64,000 nucleotides of DNA from a virus (lineage: Duplodnaviria > Heunggongvirae > Uroviricota > Caudoviricetes), in the IMG/VR virus record IMGVR_UViG_3300042914_002848; one strand, 5' to 3'. Position 1 is the stretch's first letter, and every line of letters starts with the position of its first letter. The notes beneath the pieces are model-generated. The model ran no database searches, had not been told where the DNA came from, and saw only the letters and a program-made list of their open reading frames with translations. Below, one piece after another: positions 11,401 through 21,629 of the stretch. The translations under genes were made by a program, and so were the position numbers.

Positions 11401-12456
11401 ACCATCAATTGATAAACTTTGCCCAACAGTCACACCACCATCTAAAGGTGATACTAATTTTATGTATAAATCAGTAATATCTACTAATGAACCATTAAGT
11501 TGATTTTGTAATCTAACATTTGTAAAGTTTACACCACTTATGGGTGTGGTTGATGTAGTATCAGTTTGCGCTGGTATATATACACCCGTTCTAGTGTTGG
11601 GTGGTTGTGTACCACCATTCCATAAATAAAATGGTGCTTCTAAAAGATATGATGGAAATGCTGATGTATAACCAATTGTAAAATCGGTTTCAGTATATTT
11701 TTCTTGAACCCATTGTGGTTGGTTATTTTCATTCAGTTCTAATTTAAAGAAAGCCAGTCTTCCTGTAGTAGTGGTTTGGTTACTTGTAAAAAATTCTCTG
11801 AATAAAACACCTCTATTTGATTCTGGAAAGTTTGTAGGTTTCCATATCGTAGATTGATTATTATAATTGCCTGTTGGTAATGAAATTGGTGTAATTCCCT
11901 CACCAACAAAATTTATATAAGATATATCGGAAATAGTATCATTCCCAAAATTTAATAAAAACTCAGGCTTATTATCTACAAATAAAGAACTGGTGTTAAA
12001 ATTAAACTCTTGAATACTTTTAATTAATTGTAAATTAAAATTATTTGGATTCTCGATTCGTACTTCAGTTCTATCCGAAGATATTTCCGATATTGTTAAG
12101 TCGTACCTCGTAGGTGATTCAATTTCAGTAGAGCCTGCAAAATTATATATAGGATTATATACCATTGTATATATCCCACTATCATAACCAAGTTGTCTTA
12201 AATCACTTTCAGGAGAAAATCCAAATTTTGTTTTTTGGTTTTGAATGAAAATTCTTTTATACGATGATTTTACTAAATTATTTTCAGAATCGTATATGTG
12301 TAATTCTAATAACGCAGGTCTAGATTTTATGGATATATCAGAATTTGATAGAGAGCCTGACTGAAATGTGTATCTATCTAATTCGGTAAAGGTTTCTCCA
12401 TACACAGGCTCTGTGCTTAGTACATCGGTTATATTTGTAAATCTATCTAATGACAT
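8494..12456 (-). CDS. Large baseplate wedge protein (gp7/P2 gpI-like region)
   Basis: 1320 aa; YIYKSKGTPRSIKALLACYG wedge motif; lies in the baseplate block. Confidence 0.65.
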   Translation of the reverse strand: MSLDRFTNITDVLSTEPVYGETFTELDRYTFQSGSLSNSDISIKSRPALLELHIYDSENNLVKSSYKRIFIQNQKTKFGFSPESDLRQLGYDSGIYTMVYNPIYNFAGSTEIESPTRYDLTISEISSDRTEVRIENPNNFNLQLIKSIQEFNFNTSSLFVDNKPEFLLNFGNDTISDISYINFVGEGITPISLPTGNYNNQSTIWKPTNFPESNRGVLFREFFTSNQTTTTGRLAFFKLELNENNQPQWVQEKYTETDFTIGYTSAFPSYLLEAPFYLWNGGTQPPNTRTGVYIPAQTDTTSTTPISGVNFTNVRLQNQLNGSLVDITDLYIKLVSPLDGGVTVGQSLSIDGRLQKSYIEKIVSYNQLDEITSKQLLEPNFNIELDKYGKSDGTDFKAWNDLLDANLSTSQQIIDKYFSGSFGNIKLNIDYSDFSNFVHYSSATERVDNFFSKLQTIEGYNSRIATLQQVSGSHALTNISQSITRRDTLIGGFDGFEQWMYNKVTGSLYTHYSTTDNPIVPYPKISSYPTVFYATTSSQAESWYEGVYSSASLYDAQNQSALINLIPFALREDPLNEDYILFINMIGHHFDILWTYTKGLTDVNKREEHPEDGMSDDLLYDVAKSMGWNLSNGWGESNLWEYVLGTDSLGNRSVTTGGLETKSKEKIRAEVWRRVLNNLPYIYKSKGTPRSIKALLACYGIPETFLKIREYGGPTIVDSPNKYEDERFIYKVETTDSKPIRNPFGTINGSRPNTIEVIGKMPLGDFTIGRLTGGGTDLNFEWNYSGGQARILAKTGSTTVMSSSYMSYLVARDGAFGIISGSSTTIRAAFKDDFGNILSSLSAQSSAPNSILGSSTQFIVGDGVGNYSSTASIQEIRYYSSSLSEEIFKEHALNTEAYFSDDNTTDLNSISSYTDLVYRIFPDSGFNTISTAISSSHPNQFFKTTLGGAPLTASLPNHTSADLVGEVDTQFIRVPSVGALNLNNNKVRIESSVLSGSLDVEKTAEVSQYDYTQTDSNLVGLYFSPTDVVNNDIYNSEGYFEVDDLIGDPDDRFNEDYSKLRYRANVYFQKYVNLTAPSGSAQKRGTAIGLLLDMLSLYDHSIFQQVKQLIPARSEYVGGVLLEPHILERNKYKRGDKWSYSRVDYLTTISMLPESVTATKNDYLATVDTKDYHESSIYKYTYPILSGSTGLYTNVSNPQWQYNPTSSIMGQRLSPYASIVNYFYSSSLSASLGKFYSSSLTPVATQTDELPLSLANLRFNGCNSGVTSIDGLPSVETFVADPFVLRVAPQNVSVQDTIVSTPTTSPRIGSGAASSGRLRV

Positions 12457-12462
12457 ACTATT

Positions 12463-12681
12463 TTATATTACGAACCTATTAACATCGTTACTGTAACCGA
12501 TTATGGTTGGTGCTTCAATTTCTAACTCAGTTATTTCGGCACTCTGATTTATATAAAAAGATTGCGATGTAAATAATTTTACATTTTTTTCCAACGCAAT
12601 TACACCATAAGTATCAGTTGAATTAACAATCTCATACGATAGTATTCTTCCCTGTCTATTTCTTTTTATTTCTCTTTCCAT
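12463..12681 (-). CDS. Hypothetical protein in baseplate block
   Basis: ORF coupled to neighbours. Confidence 0.5.
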   Translation of the reverse strand: MEREIKRNRQGRILSYEIVNSTDTYGVIALEKNVKLFTSQSFYINQSAEITELEIEAPTIIGYSNDVNRFVI

Positions 12682-13775
12682 TATCTAATCACCTTAAAGT
12701 AATATTCATTATCGTAATATTTTTCAAGCCCATCAGAATCAACTCTGAATACAAATCTATAATACCTTTCAGGTTGTAGTGTATTAAACCACATATCAAA
12801 ATAGTTTCCATTTGAATCACATTCTATCTTTGTATAAGTAGTGTTAAATGGTATAATTTCTAAATTAGTTTCAACATCTCTAACCGACCAATATGATGAT
12901 GTAGGTAAGTATTTAATGGTTGATAACGCCCCACTATTACTAAATGTTCTTTGCGGATATCGTTCCCTACCATACACTCTAACTCTATCCTTTGAATTTT
13001 GTTTGTATTCCGATTTAAGATTTTTGGTGTATATCAAAATATTTTCAACCGTTAGAGCTGATAACGAACCTGTCTGAAATTGCGAATCATCCCATCTAAC
13101 TTCAAAAGTTGGTACATAAATCGTATGAGTTTCTGTTGAAAAGTATTTTGAAACTCCAAATTTAACCGAAGATGTTTCATCGGTATTAGACCTTTTAATG
13201 ATAAATCCGTTATTTGTTCTATTACCACTAAAGATATCATTTACATATTGAGTTACTTCAATGTTTATATCAGAAACATTTCTACTGAAAGATTGTGAGT
13301 AGGATACACCACTAACAGATGATGTGAACCAAGTTCCACCACCCTGATTAACTGCCCAATATGAGCCTGAGTTTATAGGTGATGCTACACTCCAACTTAC
13401 ATTTGTACTTCTATAAACCCAATTTGAATCATTTTCATTATGAGGTGTATCGGGCAAAGAACCCAATCCTTCATTCCAACTTTGCGATATTGGGTAAACA
13501 TAAAGGTTGTATTCGGATGGAATTTCTCTTTCATCCGATGAAATAAGATTTAAATAGTATTTTACACTTCCTGATATTACTCCACTTGCAACCGATTGAG
13601 ATATAGCAGATAAATCAAACTGAATTAATATTCTACTATTACCAATCAATGTGGTATCATCGGTATCAAAAAACTTACCTACCTCCAATACTTCATCTTT
13701 TCCAACATTTTGAAATTTTCTTGTTGAATCTTCATATATGGTAGTATCTTTTTGAGGATATATTCTATAAATCAT
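12681..13775 (-). CDS. Virion structural protein (DNRLRE-like domain)
   Basis: DTTIYE, SRILIQFDL, WNEG, GGGTW, NNGFIIK, FSTETHTIYVP pattern. Confidence 0.55.
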   Translation of the reverse strand: MIYRIYPQKDTTIYEDSTRKFQNVGKDEVLEVGKFFDTDDTTLIGNSRILIQFDLSAISQSVASGVISGSVKYYLNLISSDEREIPSEYNLYVYPISQSWNEGLGSLPDTPHNENDSNWVYRSTNVSWSVASPINSGSYWAVNQGGGTWFTSSVSGVSYSQSFSRNVSDINIEVTQYVNDIFSGNRTNNGFIIKRSNTDETSSVKFGVSKYFSTETHTIYVPTFEVRWDDSQFQTGSLSALTVENILIYTKNLKSEYKQNSKDRVRVYGRERYPQRTFSNSGALSTIKYLPTSSYWSVRDVETNLEIIPFNTTYTKIECDSNGNYFDMWFNTLQPERYYRFVFRVDSDGLEKYYDNEYYFKVIR

Positions 13776-13784
13776 TTATTTCTC

Positions 13785-15692
13785 CTAAAATAACGGAACA
13801 ACCCTGCCTCTAATATCTAAATCAGGAAACTTAACCTCAAAAATAGATGGGTCTTTTGCTGGGTATATGATACCATTTCGTGTTGCTTTTTTTATATCAT
13901 AAACATTTGATGAGTATATACCATTATACTTATTAACTATTTGTAATCCACCCTTACCATTTAAATCGGGTCTAACAACAGTCTGAACACCATCTATTCT
14001 ATCTAATAAAACATATATATCCGATAATAATATAGGTCTATTTATTTGGCTGTTTTGTTTATTGAAATATGTTTTTAATTCATTTATACATTTTAATAAA
14101 ACTTCGTTTGAATTATAGTTTGGTAATACAACTATTTCAAAATCAATACCAATGTTTATAATATACGCATCTTTGATGTACACCGCATCGGTCAACATTC
14201 TATAATATGAAATGTAATTTTTAAGATTTTGTTTGGTTGCCGAATTTAATTGTGATATATTTCCACTACCATCATACCCAAGAACATATAAATTTATTGC
14301 GAGTGGATTTGGAACTTGGAGAGTTTCAGCCGATGAAGATTTTATTTGATAATCAGGCGCCACATATGCTTTTGCTACTGCACCAAATTGTGGTGGCATT
14401 GCGTACGCCCTTACAACATAATCTTCAGCAGTAACAGTTCGGTTTTGTGCTGCAAAAAATGCCATAGCACTATTTCTGATATCATCAACCTCTTCGTTTG
14501 ATTTACCACCCGATGCGGCCTCTTCATTCGTAACTGCAACAGAATTTCTGACTGTATTTAATTGTTGGGTATTAGACGGGGTTGTTTGATTTTCAAATTC
14601 TATATTTGTAATTTGAGTTAAGTCTTTAGATATTACATTATCAATCACACCCTGCCCAACTCTATAGGTTACAGTTAAGGTTGTATTTGCAGGCGCTACC
14701 CCATATGTTTTTGTATATAAAAAGTTTGAAGGGTCTATTGTTTGTGATAAATCACCTGTTGCTTTGTATAAATTAGAACCAACATTGTCTGGGTTGGGTA
14801 GTATCTCTTCATCAGCATTTGATGATACACCTGCTCCAAATTGAATTGTTATAGAACCATCTTCATCAGTTCGTGTAATATATCTTTTAGGAACTTTTTT
14901 TAATCTTAAAAGGTATGGTGTTTCCGAACCATATTGATTTAAGTTAAGTGTATAATCGGATGTATTTTGGATTTGTTCAAAAACAGTATCTTGTGCTAAA
15001 TAATCTACCTTTGTCCAAACATCTCCATCGGAATCAACTATTTTTACAACATCAATAATACCAACATCCTCAATCTTAATTTTATTGTATGGTGTTGGTG
15101 AACCAAATATAAATTCAGATGTTTTATCTTCACCACTAACCACAGGAACGCTCTTTTTGAAAAGATAATAAACAGGTTCATCGGTATTTTCGTTTATTTG
15201 ATATACTGATATTTCGGTGGGGTCAAAAGATGATGAATATGCAAAATCAACTTTTCTAGTTGTAGAAAATACCACATTTGGGTTTTGTGTTGATGATACC
15301 TGCATACCCTCTTTAATTTTTAGAGTGTAATCCAAGTCGGGTCTAACATTATTGCCGGAGCCAATAGCAGGGACTAATTGATATACTATTAAATTAGTTG
15401 TAGCCGGTGAGTATAATTTTGGGTTATATCCAAGCGATTGTGCTAACTGAAATAAGTTTGAATTTTCTTTTACTTGAGTAATAATTGATTCTCTTAACTG
15501 AGTATCCGTATAATAGGATAGAACATCCCCAACATACGATGCCATTTCTATAAACATCATTCCAGGAGATGATTCGTTAAAATCATTATAGGTATTTGGG
15601 TAATATTGTTTAGCAAAATCTACAAGATTTTTTCTGAAGCCAGAAAAATCTCTGCCAATTAAACTAACGTCTTTTTTTTCATCATTTAACAT
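13785..15692 (-). CDS. Baseplate wedge protein (T4 gp6/baseplate J-like)
   Basis: RDFSGFRKNL..YNDFNESSPGMMFIEMASYVGDVLSYY; GG...E; QNRTVTAEDY. Confidence 0.9.
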   Translation of the reverse strand: MLNDEKKDVSLIGRDFSGFRKNLVDFAKQYYPNTYNDFNESSPGMMFIEMASYVGDVLSYYTDTQLRESIITQVKENSNLFQLAQSLGYNPKLYSPATTNLIVYQLVPAIGSGNNVRPDLDYTLKIKEGMQVSSTQNPNVVFSTTRKVDFAYSSSFDPTEISVYQINENTDEPVYYLFKKSVPVVSGEDKTSEFIFGSPTPYNKIKIEDVGIIDVVKIVDSDGDVWTKVDYLAQDTVFEQIQNTSDYTLNLNQYGSETPYLLRLKKVPKRYITRTDEDGSITIQFGAGVSSNADEEILPNPDNVGSNLYKATGDLSQTIDPSNFLYTKTYGVAPANTTLTVTYRVGQGVIDNVISKDLTQITNIEFENQTTPSNTQQLNTVRNSVAVTNEEAASGGKSNEEVDDIRNSAMAFFAAQNRTVTAEDYVVRAYAMPPQFGAVAKAYVAPDYQIKSSSAETLQVPNPLAINLYVLGYDGSGNISQLNSATKQNLKNYISYYRMLTDAVYIKDAYIINIGIDFEIVVLPNYNSNEVLLKCINELKTYFNKQNSQINRPILLSDIYVLLDRIDGVQTVVRPDLNGKGGLQIVNKYNGIYSSNVYDIKKATRNGIIYPAKDPSIFEVKFPDLDIRGRVVPLF

Positions 15693-15701
15693 TTACTACT
15701 C

Positions 15702-16136
15702 CTAAACTATTGATAATCCACCCTGATTATCAACTTCTAAAATTATTGTTTGGTTAGCACCTTGAGATGTAACTCTAAAATTTATTTTTATACTAACTTT
15801 ATTAAAATCCGGCTCCGAATTGACTTCTATCGCATTTAATAAAATATAAGGTAGCCAAAAACTAATATCGTTTGTAAGGGATTCTTCCAATAAAGAATCT
15901 AACTCCGATTGAATATTTTCAAATAGTAATGAATAAATATCCGAACCAAAAAGTGGTTGAAAAGGCCTTTCACCTTTTGTTGTTAATAATAGGTTTTTAA
16001 GATTAGATATAGCCTGTTGTTCGGTTGTGTAACTTGATTTAAACATAGGACTACCACCCAATGGCAGCATTACACCAACCGCTTTATTTGGTTTTAAATC
16101 AATTGGATTAATCCTATATTGTAATCTCTGAGCCAT
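15702..16136 (-). CDS. Baseplate gp25/GPW-like protein
   Basis: NLKNLLLTTKGERPFQPLFGS motif. Confidence 0.9.
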   Translation of the reverse strand: MAQRLQYRINPIDLKPNKAVGVMLPLGGSPMFKSSYTTEQQAISNLKNLLLTTKGERPFQPLFGSDIYSLLFENIQSELDSLLEESLTNDISFWLPYILLNAIEVNSEPDFNKVSIKINFRVTSQGANQTIILEVDNQGGLSIV

Positions 16137-16139
16137 TCA

Positions 16140-16637
16140 TTACCTTTTCTTTTTATTATTCATTACCTGCATTAACGCAGAATAATCTTTTGTAAGTGCA
16201 TCTACAACTGCCGCACCTGCATCAGTTTTTGCTAAAGTTTCCATCGGTATTGCTCTGCCCTCTGAATCTTGAACAACGGATTCTTCCATCATTCCCATTC
16301 CCTTCATAGAACCAAATGATTGTGCCATATCAGATGTAAAAGACCTTCCACTATTTATATCTCTCCACTCACCGCTTTGATAAGTTTCATTAAGTATAGA
16401 AGATATTGGCGAACTATTGTTAAATAGTTTTTTTTGAGTCTGTGGTTTCTTTGTTTCAAATAAGTGTTCTACATCCAATGGGTCTTTTTCCATCAGTTTT
16501 GTAGATTGCTTTATTGGTTGTTGTTTTAGTTCTTTAATAATAGATTCTTTTAAAAACTTCTTTTCTTCAGCGAATTTTCTTTTAACCTCGCTTTCAACCA
16601 ACAGTTTAATAGCCTGAATTAGTTTTTTTGTATCCAT
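16140..16637 (-). CDS. Hypothetical virion-associated protein
   Basis: ORF preceded by TATTTAT late-type motif. Confidence 0.45.
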   Translation of the reverse strand: MDTKKLIQAIKLLVESEVKRKFAEEKKFLKESIIKELKQQPIKQSTKLMEKDPLDVEHLFETKKPQTQKKLFNNSSPISSILNETYQSGEWRDINSGRSFTSDMAQSFGSMKGMGMMEESVVQDSEGRAIPMETLAKTDAGAAVVDALTKDYSALMQVMNNKKKR

Positions 16638-16664
16638 AGTAATAAATATAATGTTTTGTAATAA

Positions 16665-17606
16665 TTAACCAATACCATTTTTAAGCTTTGATAGTATTGT
16701 AGCTAGTTGTGGATGTGGTCCGGTTGGCCCAACCGCAGTTGGAAATGTTCCCTGTGCTAAAGTTTCTATAGCAGAAATAATTAAATTAATTGTAGTTGTA
16801 TATTGTGATGTAGATATCGCTACATCCTTTTTTGATGATAGGATAATATTATCAGATTTACTATTAAATATTAACCTATCTGAGTTAATAATAACTTGTG
16901 GTTTATTAAATTGTGATATGTTAGGTATAGATACCCTATTTGCGGTTTTTAAAGATACCCGCTGTTTTGTAGTCATCCAAATAGATGAATCATCATCATT
17001 TACATTTTCAACTACAAATTTATCGTATCCCTTTTTATTAGTATCGTTTTGAGTATTTCTTATAATTGTTATTGGTGCGCCAGAATCAGATGCGTTCCAA
17101 GTTGGTAATTTCTGAGCATCGGTTTGTTTGGGTGTATAACCAAATCTAATAGATTGACCAAACCTACCTTCAAGTATTGTATCGCCAATATAAGGTTGTA
17201 ATTGTGATAAAGTGTTTACTTCAGAAAACCCTTTACCAAAATTATTGTTTTTATCATTTGTAGATGAAGCATTCGGTATTGGGTTCAAATAAGAACTTAC
17301 CTCAAATGATTGTGCAGTATTTGTAATTCCTTTTGGAAGGGGGTTGTTATTTAGCGACCTTTGTAAAAAAGTAGGTGAAATATAATAAAAAGAAAATCCG
17401 CCACCAAGAGGAGCGGATATAGAACTTAACGCACTAATTAAATAAACTTGCTCCCCAATAGTGGGGATTGATTTAATATACGGATTTAAGGGATACGCAA
17501 AATCATTTGATGCACCACCAGTAGAGCGTTTAACCGAAACCCCAATTTTGTAAATATCATTGGGATTACCATCTTTTAAAAATACTTCAGTTACCTCACC
17601 AAGCAT
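16665..17606 (-). CDS. Baseplate hub/central spike (gp5-like)
   Basis: IPTIGEQV OB-fold-like motif; GDTILEGRFGQSIRFG; beta-repeat region; TAVGPTGP tip. Confidence 0.65.
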   Translation of the reverse strand: MLGEVTEVFLKDGNPNDIYKIGVSVKRSTGGASNDFAYPLNPYIKSIPTIGEQVYLISALSSISAPLGGGFSFYYISPTFLQRSLNNNPLPKGITNTAQSFEVSSYLNPIPNASSTNDKNNNFGKGFSEVNTLSQLQPYIGDTILEGRFGQSIRFGYTPKQTDAQKLPTWNASDSGAPITIIRNTQNDTNKKGYDKFVVENVNDDDSSIWMTTKQRVSLKTANRVSIPNISQFNKPQVIINSDRLIFNSKSDNIILSSKKDVAISTSQYTTTINLIISAIETLAQGTFPTAVGPTGPHPQLATILSKLKNGIG

Positions 17607-17965
17607 TATTCATCCTCATCCTGTTTTAGGGATTCCAATTTTTCATCTACATCTCTACTAGCTTCTAACAACTGCTTCTTTTCTTCTTCTGATAATAACA
17701 ACCCATCATCAGAACCACCCTTATCTAAAAGTTTTTGTGCGATAGCAGCCAACCTTACCAATTGGTCATCATTCTTTACTGATACTTCTAAATATTCCTT
17801 AATCAAAGGAACTACTACAGATGCATCATTCAAATTTTTAACCAATGGTTCTAACTGAGCAATTAGTAATTTTATTTGTCGGTCTTTTTTACGGGAATTA
17901 TCATAAACATCTTTTAATAAAGATGAAAATGTCGTCCCTTTAAATATATCATCATCCTTCGTCAT
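17606..17965 (-). CDS. Conserved hypothetical helical protein
   Basis: Overlapping coupling with neighbours. Confidence 0.5.
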   Translation of the reverse strand: MTKDDDIFKGTTFSSLLKDVYDNSRKKDRQIKLLIAQLEPLVKNLNDASVVVPLIKEYLEVSVKNDDQLVRLAAIAQKLLDKGGSDDGLLLSEEEKKQLLEASRDVDEKLESLKQDEDE

Positions 17966-18683
17966 AATACCTCTCTATGTTATGATTTAATTTTAAAATA
18001 CCCTTTTTAGTATATTCAGTATTTAATTCTACAAATATTACTTTCATTTTTCCTATAACTCTTGTAATATATTGCGTATTTACTCCTGTCCTATCTCTAA
18101 TAAGTATATAAAGAGCCTTTTTATTGTAAGAGTATAAATCCTTCCGATTACGGAATAGTTCATTAACCGAATCAGCTATTCTTCTATCCCTTTCCTTTAC
18201 AAAAAGTTTATTTAAATTTGAATCTATATAATCCACAAAGAAATCCATAAAATCTGATTTTTCTTCTACTGCTTCATACTCCGCAACTTCGTTGGGAACA
18301 TTCCTACCAATATCAACAGCATCCAAATCTTCTTGGATTTTCATTTTTGCGTAATTGGCATTATTCTCATTAAATAAAAAATTTCTTGCAATTACAGTGA
18401 AATAAGAAAATGCTTTTCCTTTATCACCCTTAAACTTATGCATCTTTTCATTTAGAAACGCAACCACCGATGCTTTTACATCTTCATACGAATCATCAAA
18501 GTAATAGGTTTTATATGTATGTATTACATTTTCTGCTAACTTATCAAACGGATATTGTATAAATCTATTGTAGATACGATTTTTTTTATCAATATCATCC
18601 AAATTATTATATACATTTATAGCCATTTCAGTTATAGCTGTAAAATACCTATTGCTCTTCGGTGATTTCGCTTTTCTGCCCAT
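17952..18683 (-). CDS. Phage late sigma factor (T4 gp55-like)
   Basis: KGKAFSYFTVIARNFL region-2 motif. Confidence 0.75.
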   Translation of the reverse strand: MGRKAKSPKSNRYFTAITEMAINVYNNLDDIDKKNRIYNRFIQYPFDKLAENVIHTYKTYYFDDSYEDVKASVVAFLNEKMHKFKGDKGKAFSYFTVIARNFLFNENNANYAKMKIQEDLDAVDIGRNVPNEVAEYEAVEEKSDFMDFFVDYIDSNLNKLFVKERDRRIADSVNELFRNRKDLYSYNKKALYILIRDRTGVNTQYITRVIGKMKVIFVELNTEYTKKGILKLNHNIERYYDEG

Positions 18684-18963
18684 AATATCCGTCTAATTCT
18701 TCTATTATACTATACATTTCTCTAAATACATAACCCGTCTCATCATCGGCTTCAAACGAACCAATTCTATCTATGGATTTCATTCTATCCATTGCGTTTT
18801 GAATTCTCTCTTGCATTGAATCCAAAAGTGTATCTGCCTGAGTGTATTCTTTTTCTAACTCATCCAAATTTTCTTCAACTGCTTCTAACTTCCGTAATAG
18901 ATTCCATACAAAGAAACCTAACACTATATCAGTTAAAAACAATATTACTAAAAGCGTTACCAT
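18649..18963 (-). CDS. Single-TM coiled-coil protein
   Basis: N-terminal hydrophobic helix followed by coiled coil. Confidence 0.5.
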   Translation of the reverse strand: MVTLLVILFLTDIVLGFFVWNLLRKLEAVEENLDELEKEYTQADTLLDSMQERIQNAMDRMKSIDRIGSFEADDETGYVFREMYSIIEELDGYYGQKSEITEEQ

Positions 18964-18964
18964 A

Positions 18965-19771
18965 TTAATCCTCCATTATATCTTTAAACGCATCAAACAC
19001 CATATCAACTTTTGGTTTATCATCCTCTGATTTTTCAGACACAATTTTTTCAAATTTAGATAACCCCGATGGTTTTCCATTTGTACCAATAGTTCCTCTT
19101 GTACCTTTTAACTTTTTACCTTCAATTACCCAACGAGTGTATTCATACTTTGATGCCATAAAATCTGCCTGGTGTAGAATATGGGGTAAAAATGTTTTTA
19201 ATTGGTTTTCAGCCTGAAAAGTTTTATAGTAACTTTCGGTGGATGAATCATACAACCCATCTGTCAGTCGGATAGCAAGATATTCTTCTTCAGTACATTT
19301 TACGCCAAAATGATTTAGTAGAAAGAATGTACGGTCTTGAATTTCCATCCAATGTAAATTTGGGTTTGATTTATAAATCTTACCCTGATTCTTTACATGC
19401 CATTCCGAATCATTCTTTTTATACCAATCATCTTCAACCGAACCCACCTTACCTAAATCGTGATGTAGTGCTGCAAAGACAACCGATTCTCTTGTAATAT
19501 CATCAGTAACCATATCCAACTCTTTCCAAAGTTCAAATACCTTTAGAGCATTGCGAGTTACCCTCATTATATGGTCAATATATCCGCCGGGAAAAGCATT
19601 ATGAAAATGCTCAAAGGATGAGGCGGGTGTATAGATAATCCTTTCTTCAAAATGGTCATACATTTTGTTTAGGGCATCTAATCGTTCACCACTAAATTCT
19701 TGACTGATAAATTTTCTGAACTTTTTATAATTTTCCAGTAGTTCTTCTGGAGAGAAAAAATCAAAATACAT
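18965..19771 (-). CDS. HD-domain phosphohydrolase (YhaM-like)
   Basis: PAS...HNAFPGGYIDH; ALHHDLGKVG; LHQAD. Confidence 0.85.
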   Translation of the reverse strand: MYFDFFSPEELLENYKKFRKFISQEFSGERLDALNKMYDHFEERIIYTPASSFEHFHNAFPGGYIDHIMRVTRNALKVFELWKELDMVTDDITRESVVFAALHHDLGKVGSVEDDWYKKNDSEWHVKNQGKIYKSNPNLHWMEIQDRTFFLLNHFGVKCTEEEYLAIRLTDGLYDSSTESYYKTFQAENQLKTFLPHILHQADFMASKYEYTRWVIEGKKLKGTRGTIGTNGKPSGLSKFEKIVSEKSEDDKPKVDMVFDAFKDIMED

Positions 19772-19773
19772 AA

Positions 19774-20397
19774 TTAAATAATTTTATCAATAATACCCAA
19801 TTCAAGTGCTTCTGCAGCGGATAAAAATAAATCACTTTGTTGATTTGACTGCCACCACTCTTTTGGTTTATTTGTGAATTCAGCCATCATACTATTACAC
19901 TCATCTTCCAACCTATCCGCAAATTTGGCGTTTGATTTTACATCGCTTAATTTACCTGCTGCAAAGGTTGATAGTTGGTGAACCATAATCTTTGAATGCT
20001 TTGATGCTGCTCTAACCCCAGTACCTGCTGCGAGTAGAAGAGCCGCTGCTGACATTGCGATGCCCCTACAAATGATATTAAATTTCATATCTTTGTTTCC
20101 TCTGATATAATCAATAATACCAAGAGTTTCTACAACATCACCTCCGCCCGAATTTAATAGGATGTTGATTGTGGTTGTTTCGGTATTTACTTTTTTTAGT
20201 AGCCGTACTTTAGCAATAAATTCAGGCAGTAATCCCATCTGAATTTCATCGCAGATTACAATTACATTATCGGTTAAATCAATACCGTAATCAAACTCCC
20301 TAAAAAAATGTTTGTGCGGGTCAGTATCATCACCACTTTCATTTTTGTAATCAAATTTTACATTTGAAGGATTGGTATTATAAAGTTCATCTATCAT
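19774..20397 (-). CDS. clpP: ClpP-like protease
   Basis: NSGGGDV, GIAMSAA (Ser), IMVHQ (His), SDLFLSAAEALELGIID (Asp). Confidence 0.85.
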   Translation of the reverse strand: MIDELYNTNPSNVKFDYKNESGDDTDPHKHFFREFDYGIDLTDNVIVICDEIQMGLLPEFIAKVRLLKKVNTETTTINILLNSGGGDVVETLGIIDYIRGNKDMKFNIICRGIAMSAAALLLAAGTGVRAASKHSKIMVHQLSTFAAGKLSDVKSNAKFADRLEDECNSMMAEFTNKPKEWWQSNQQSDLFLSAAEALELGIIDKII

Positions 20398-20467
20398 AAA
20401 TTATCGTTTAAATTTTATACAATATACAACAAAAAATGTATATTACCAAATATATTTTTAATTATTT

Positions 20468-21475
20468 TTATCTATATCTATCAGCGCCGGTTTTTGCATA
20501 AGTGTGTGTTGGTGTTGGTGTTGGTGTTTTTGATTCTTCACTATATAGATTTAATGCTTCTTCAGTAGTTGGTTCAAATACTACATCAGGTCTTTCTTCT
20601 TTAGTTTCTACAACCGGTTCTTTAATTTCTTCTTTAGAATTGATAACTATTTCTTCTTTGATTGGTATTTCTTCAATAGGTTTAATTTCCACTATCTTAA
20701 CTTCTTTTATAAGTTTATTTAGGGCTATAACCATAGAAATTGCTAATGGGTCAAATACCAATACAATTAATAATGTAAACCAATTTACAATTCTATCCAT
20801 ACCCCACCCAGTTAATTTATCCAAGTATCTTAACGGACCTATTTCAGCAGCTACATCATTGTTTGACTCCTTATCTAATATTTGTAAATCCAAAGAAGTC
20901 AACGAATCATTCAATGATTCTATTTTTAAACTTAAAATATCTCTTTGCTGAACCGCCATTTTTAATTCACTACTTAAAACCTTTCGTTGGGAGGCAGCAC
21001 CCCTTTCAGTCTGAGAGTTATTGGTTGCTAACCCACCTCTTAATGATGATATGGATGTTTCCAATAATTTTTTTTCAGCGTTTAAATCCACCAATTGCTC
21101 TTTGAATCTATTTCGTTTTACATCAACAACACTAACCTCTTTATTAAGGATAGTAAACTTATCACTCGTTGTTTGGTATGCCGAAGTCAAAAAACCATAT
21201 ATACCCAAAGATGTAATCATCATTAGAATTACAACCGCTGAAACTAAATACCATTTTAACCACCCAATTACTTTCCAATAGTTATGAAGGTATGACGCAA
21301 GAATTATTTTTGCAAATTCTAATGCCCCCGCCATTATAATAACTTCAGTTCTTGCTCCAGCGAAAAGTGAACTAAGACCGAATACGGAATAGTATGCAGC
21401 TGAACCAGCAAGTGTAAATGTGGATAATATCATTAAGATTATGAAACCATTTTTTCTCGTAAAAAAATTTTTCAT
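20468..21475 (-). CDS. Multi-TM coiled-coil membrane protein
   Basis: SAAYYSVFGL, TSLGIYGFL, EIGPLRY, VFDPLA. Confidence 0.6.
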   Translation of the reverse strand: MKNFFTRKNGFIILMILSTFTLAGSAAYYSVFGLSSLFAGARTEVIIMAGALEFAKIILASYLHNYWKVIGWLKWYLVSAVVILMMITSLGIYGFLTSAYQTTSDKFTILNKEVSVVDVKRNRFKEQLVDLNAEKKLLETSISSLRGGLATNNSQTERGAASQRKVLSSELKMAVQQRDILSLKIESLNDSLTSLDLQILDKESNNDVAAEIGPLRYLDKLTGWGMDRIVNWFTLLIVLVFDPLAISMVIALNKLIKEVKIVEIKPIEEIPIKEEIVINSKEEIKEPVVETKEERPDVVFEPTTEEALNLYSEESKTPTPTPTHTYAKTGADRYR

Positions 21476-21629
21476 ATGTTATTCCATTTTTTTAACTTTA
21501 TTAACTTCCTCAGTTGTATTTATTATCAAATCTTTTGATATCAAGCTTGATTGTAAACAACAAGTAATAACAAGACAAACTTGAAAATATAAAATAAATA
21601 TCCAAAAATAGATAATAACCTTAAACAGG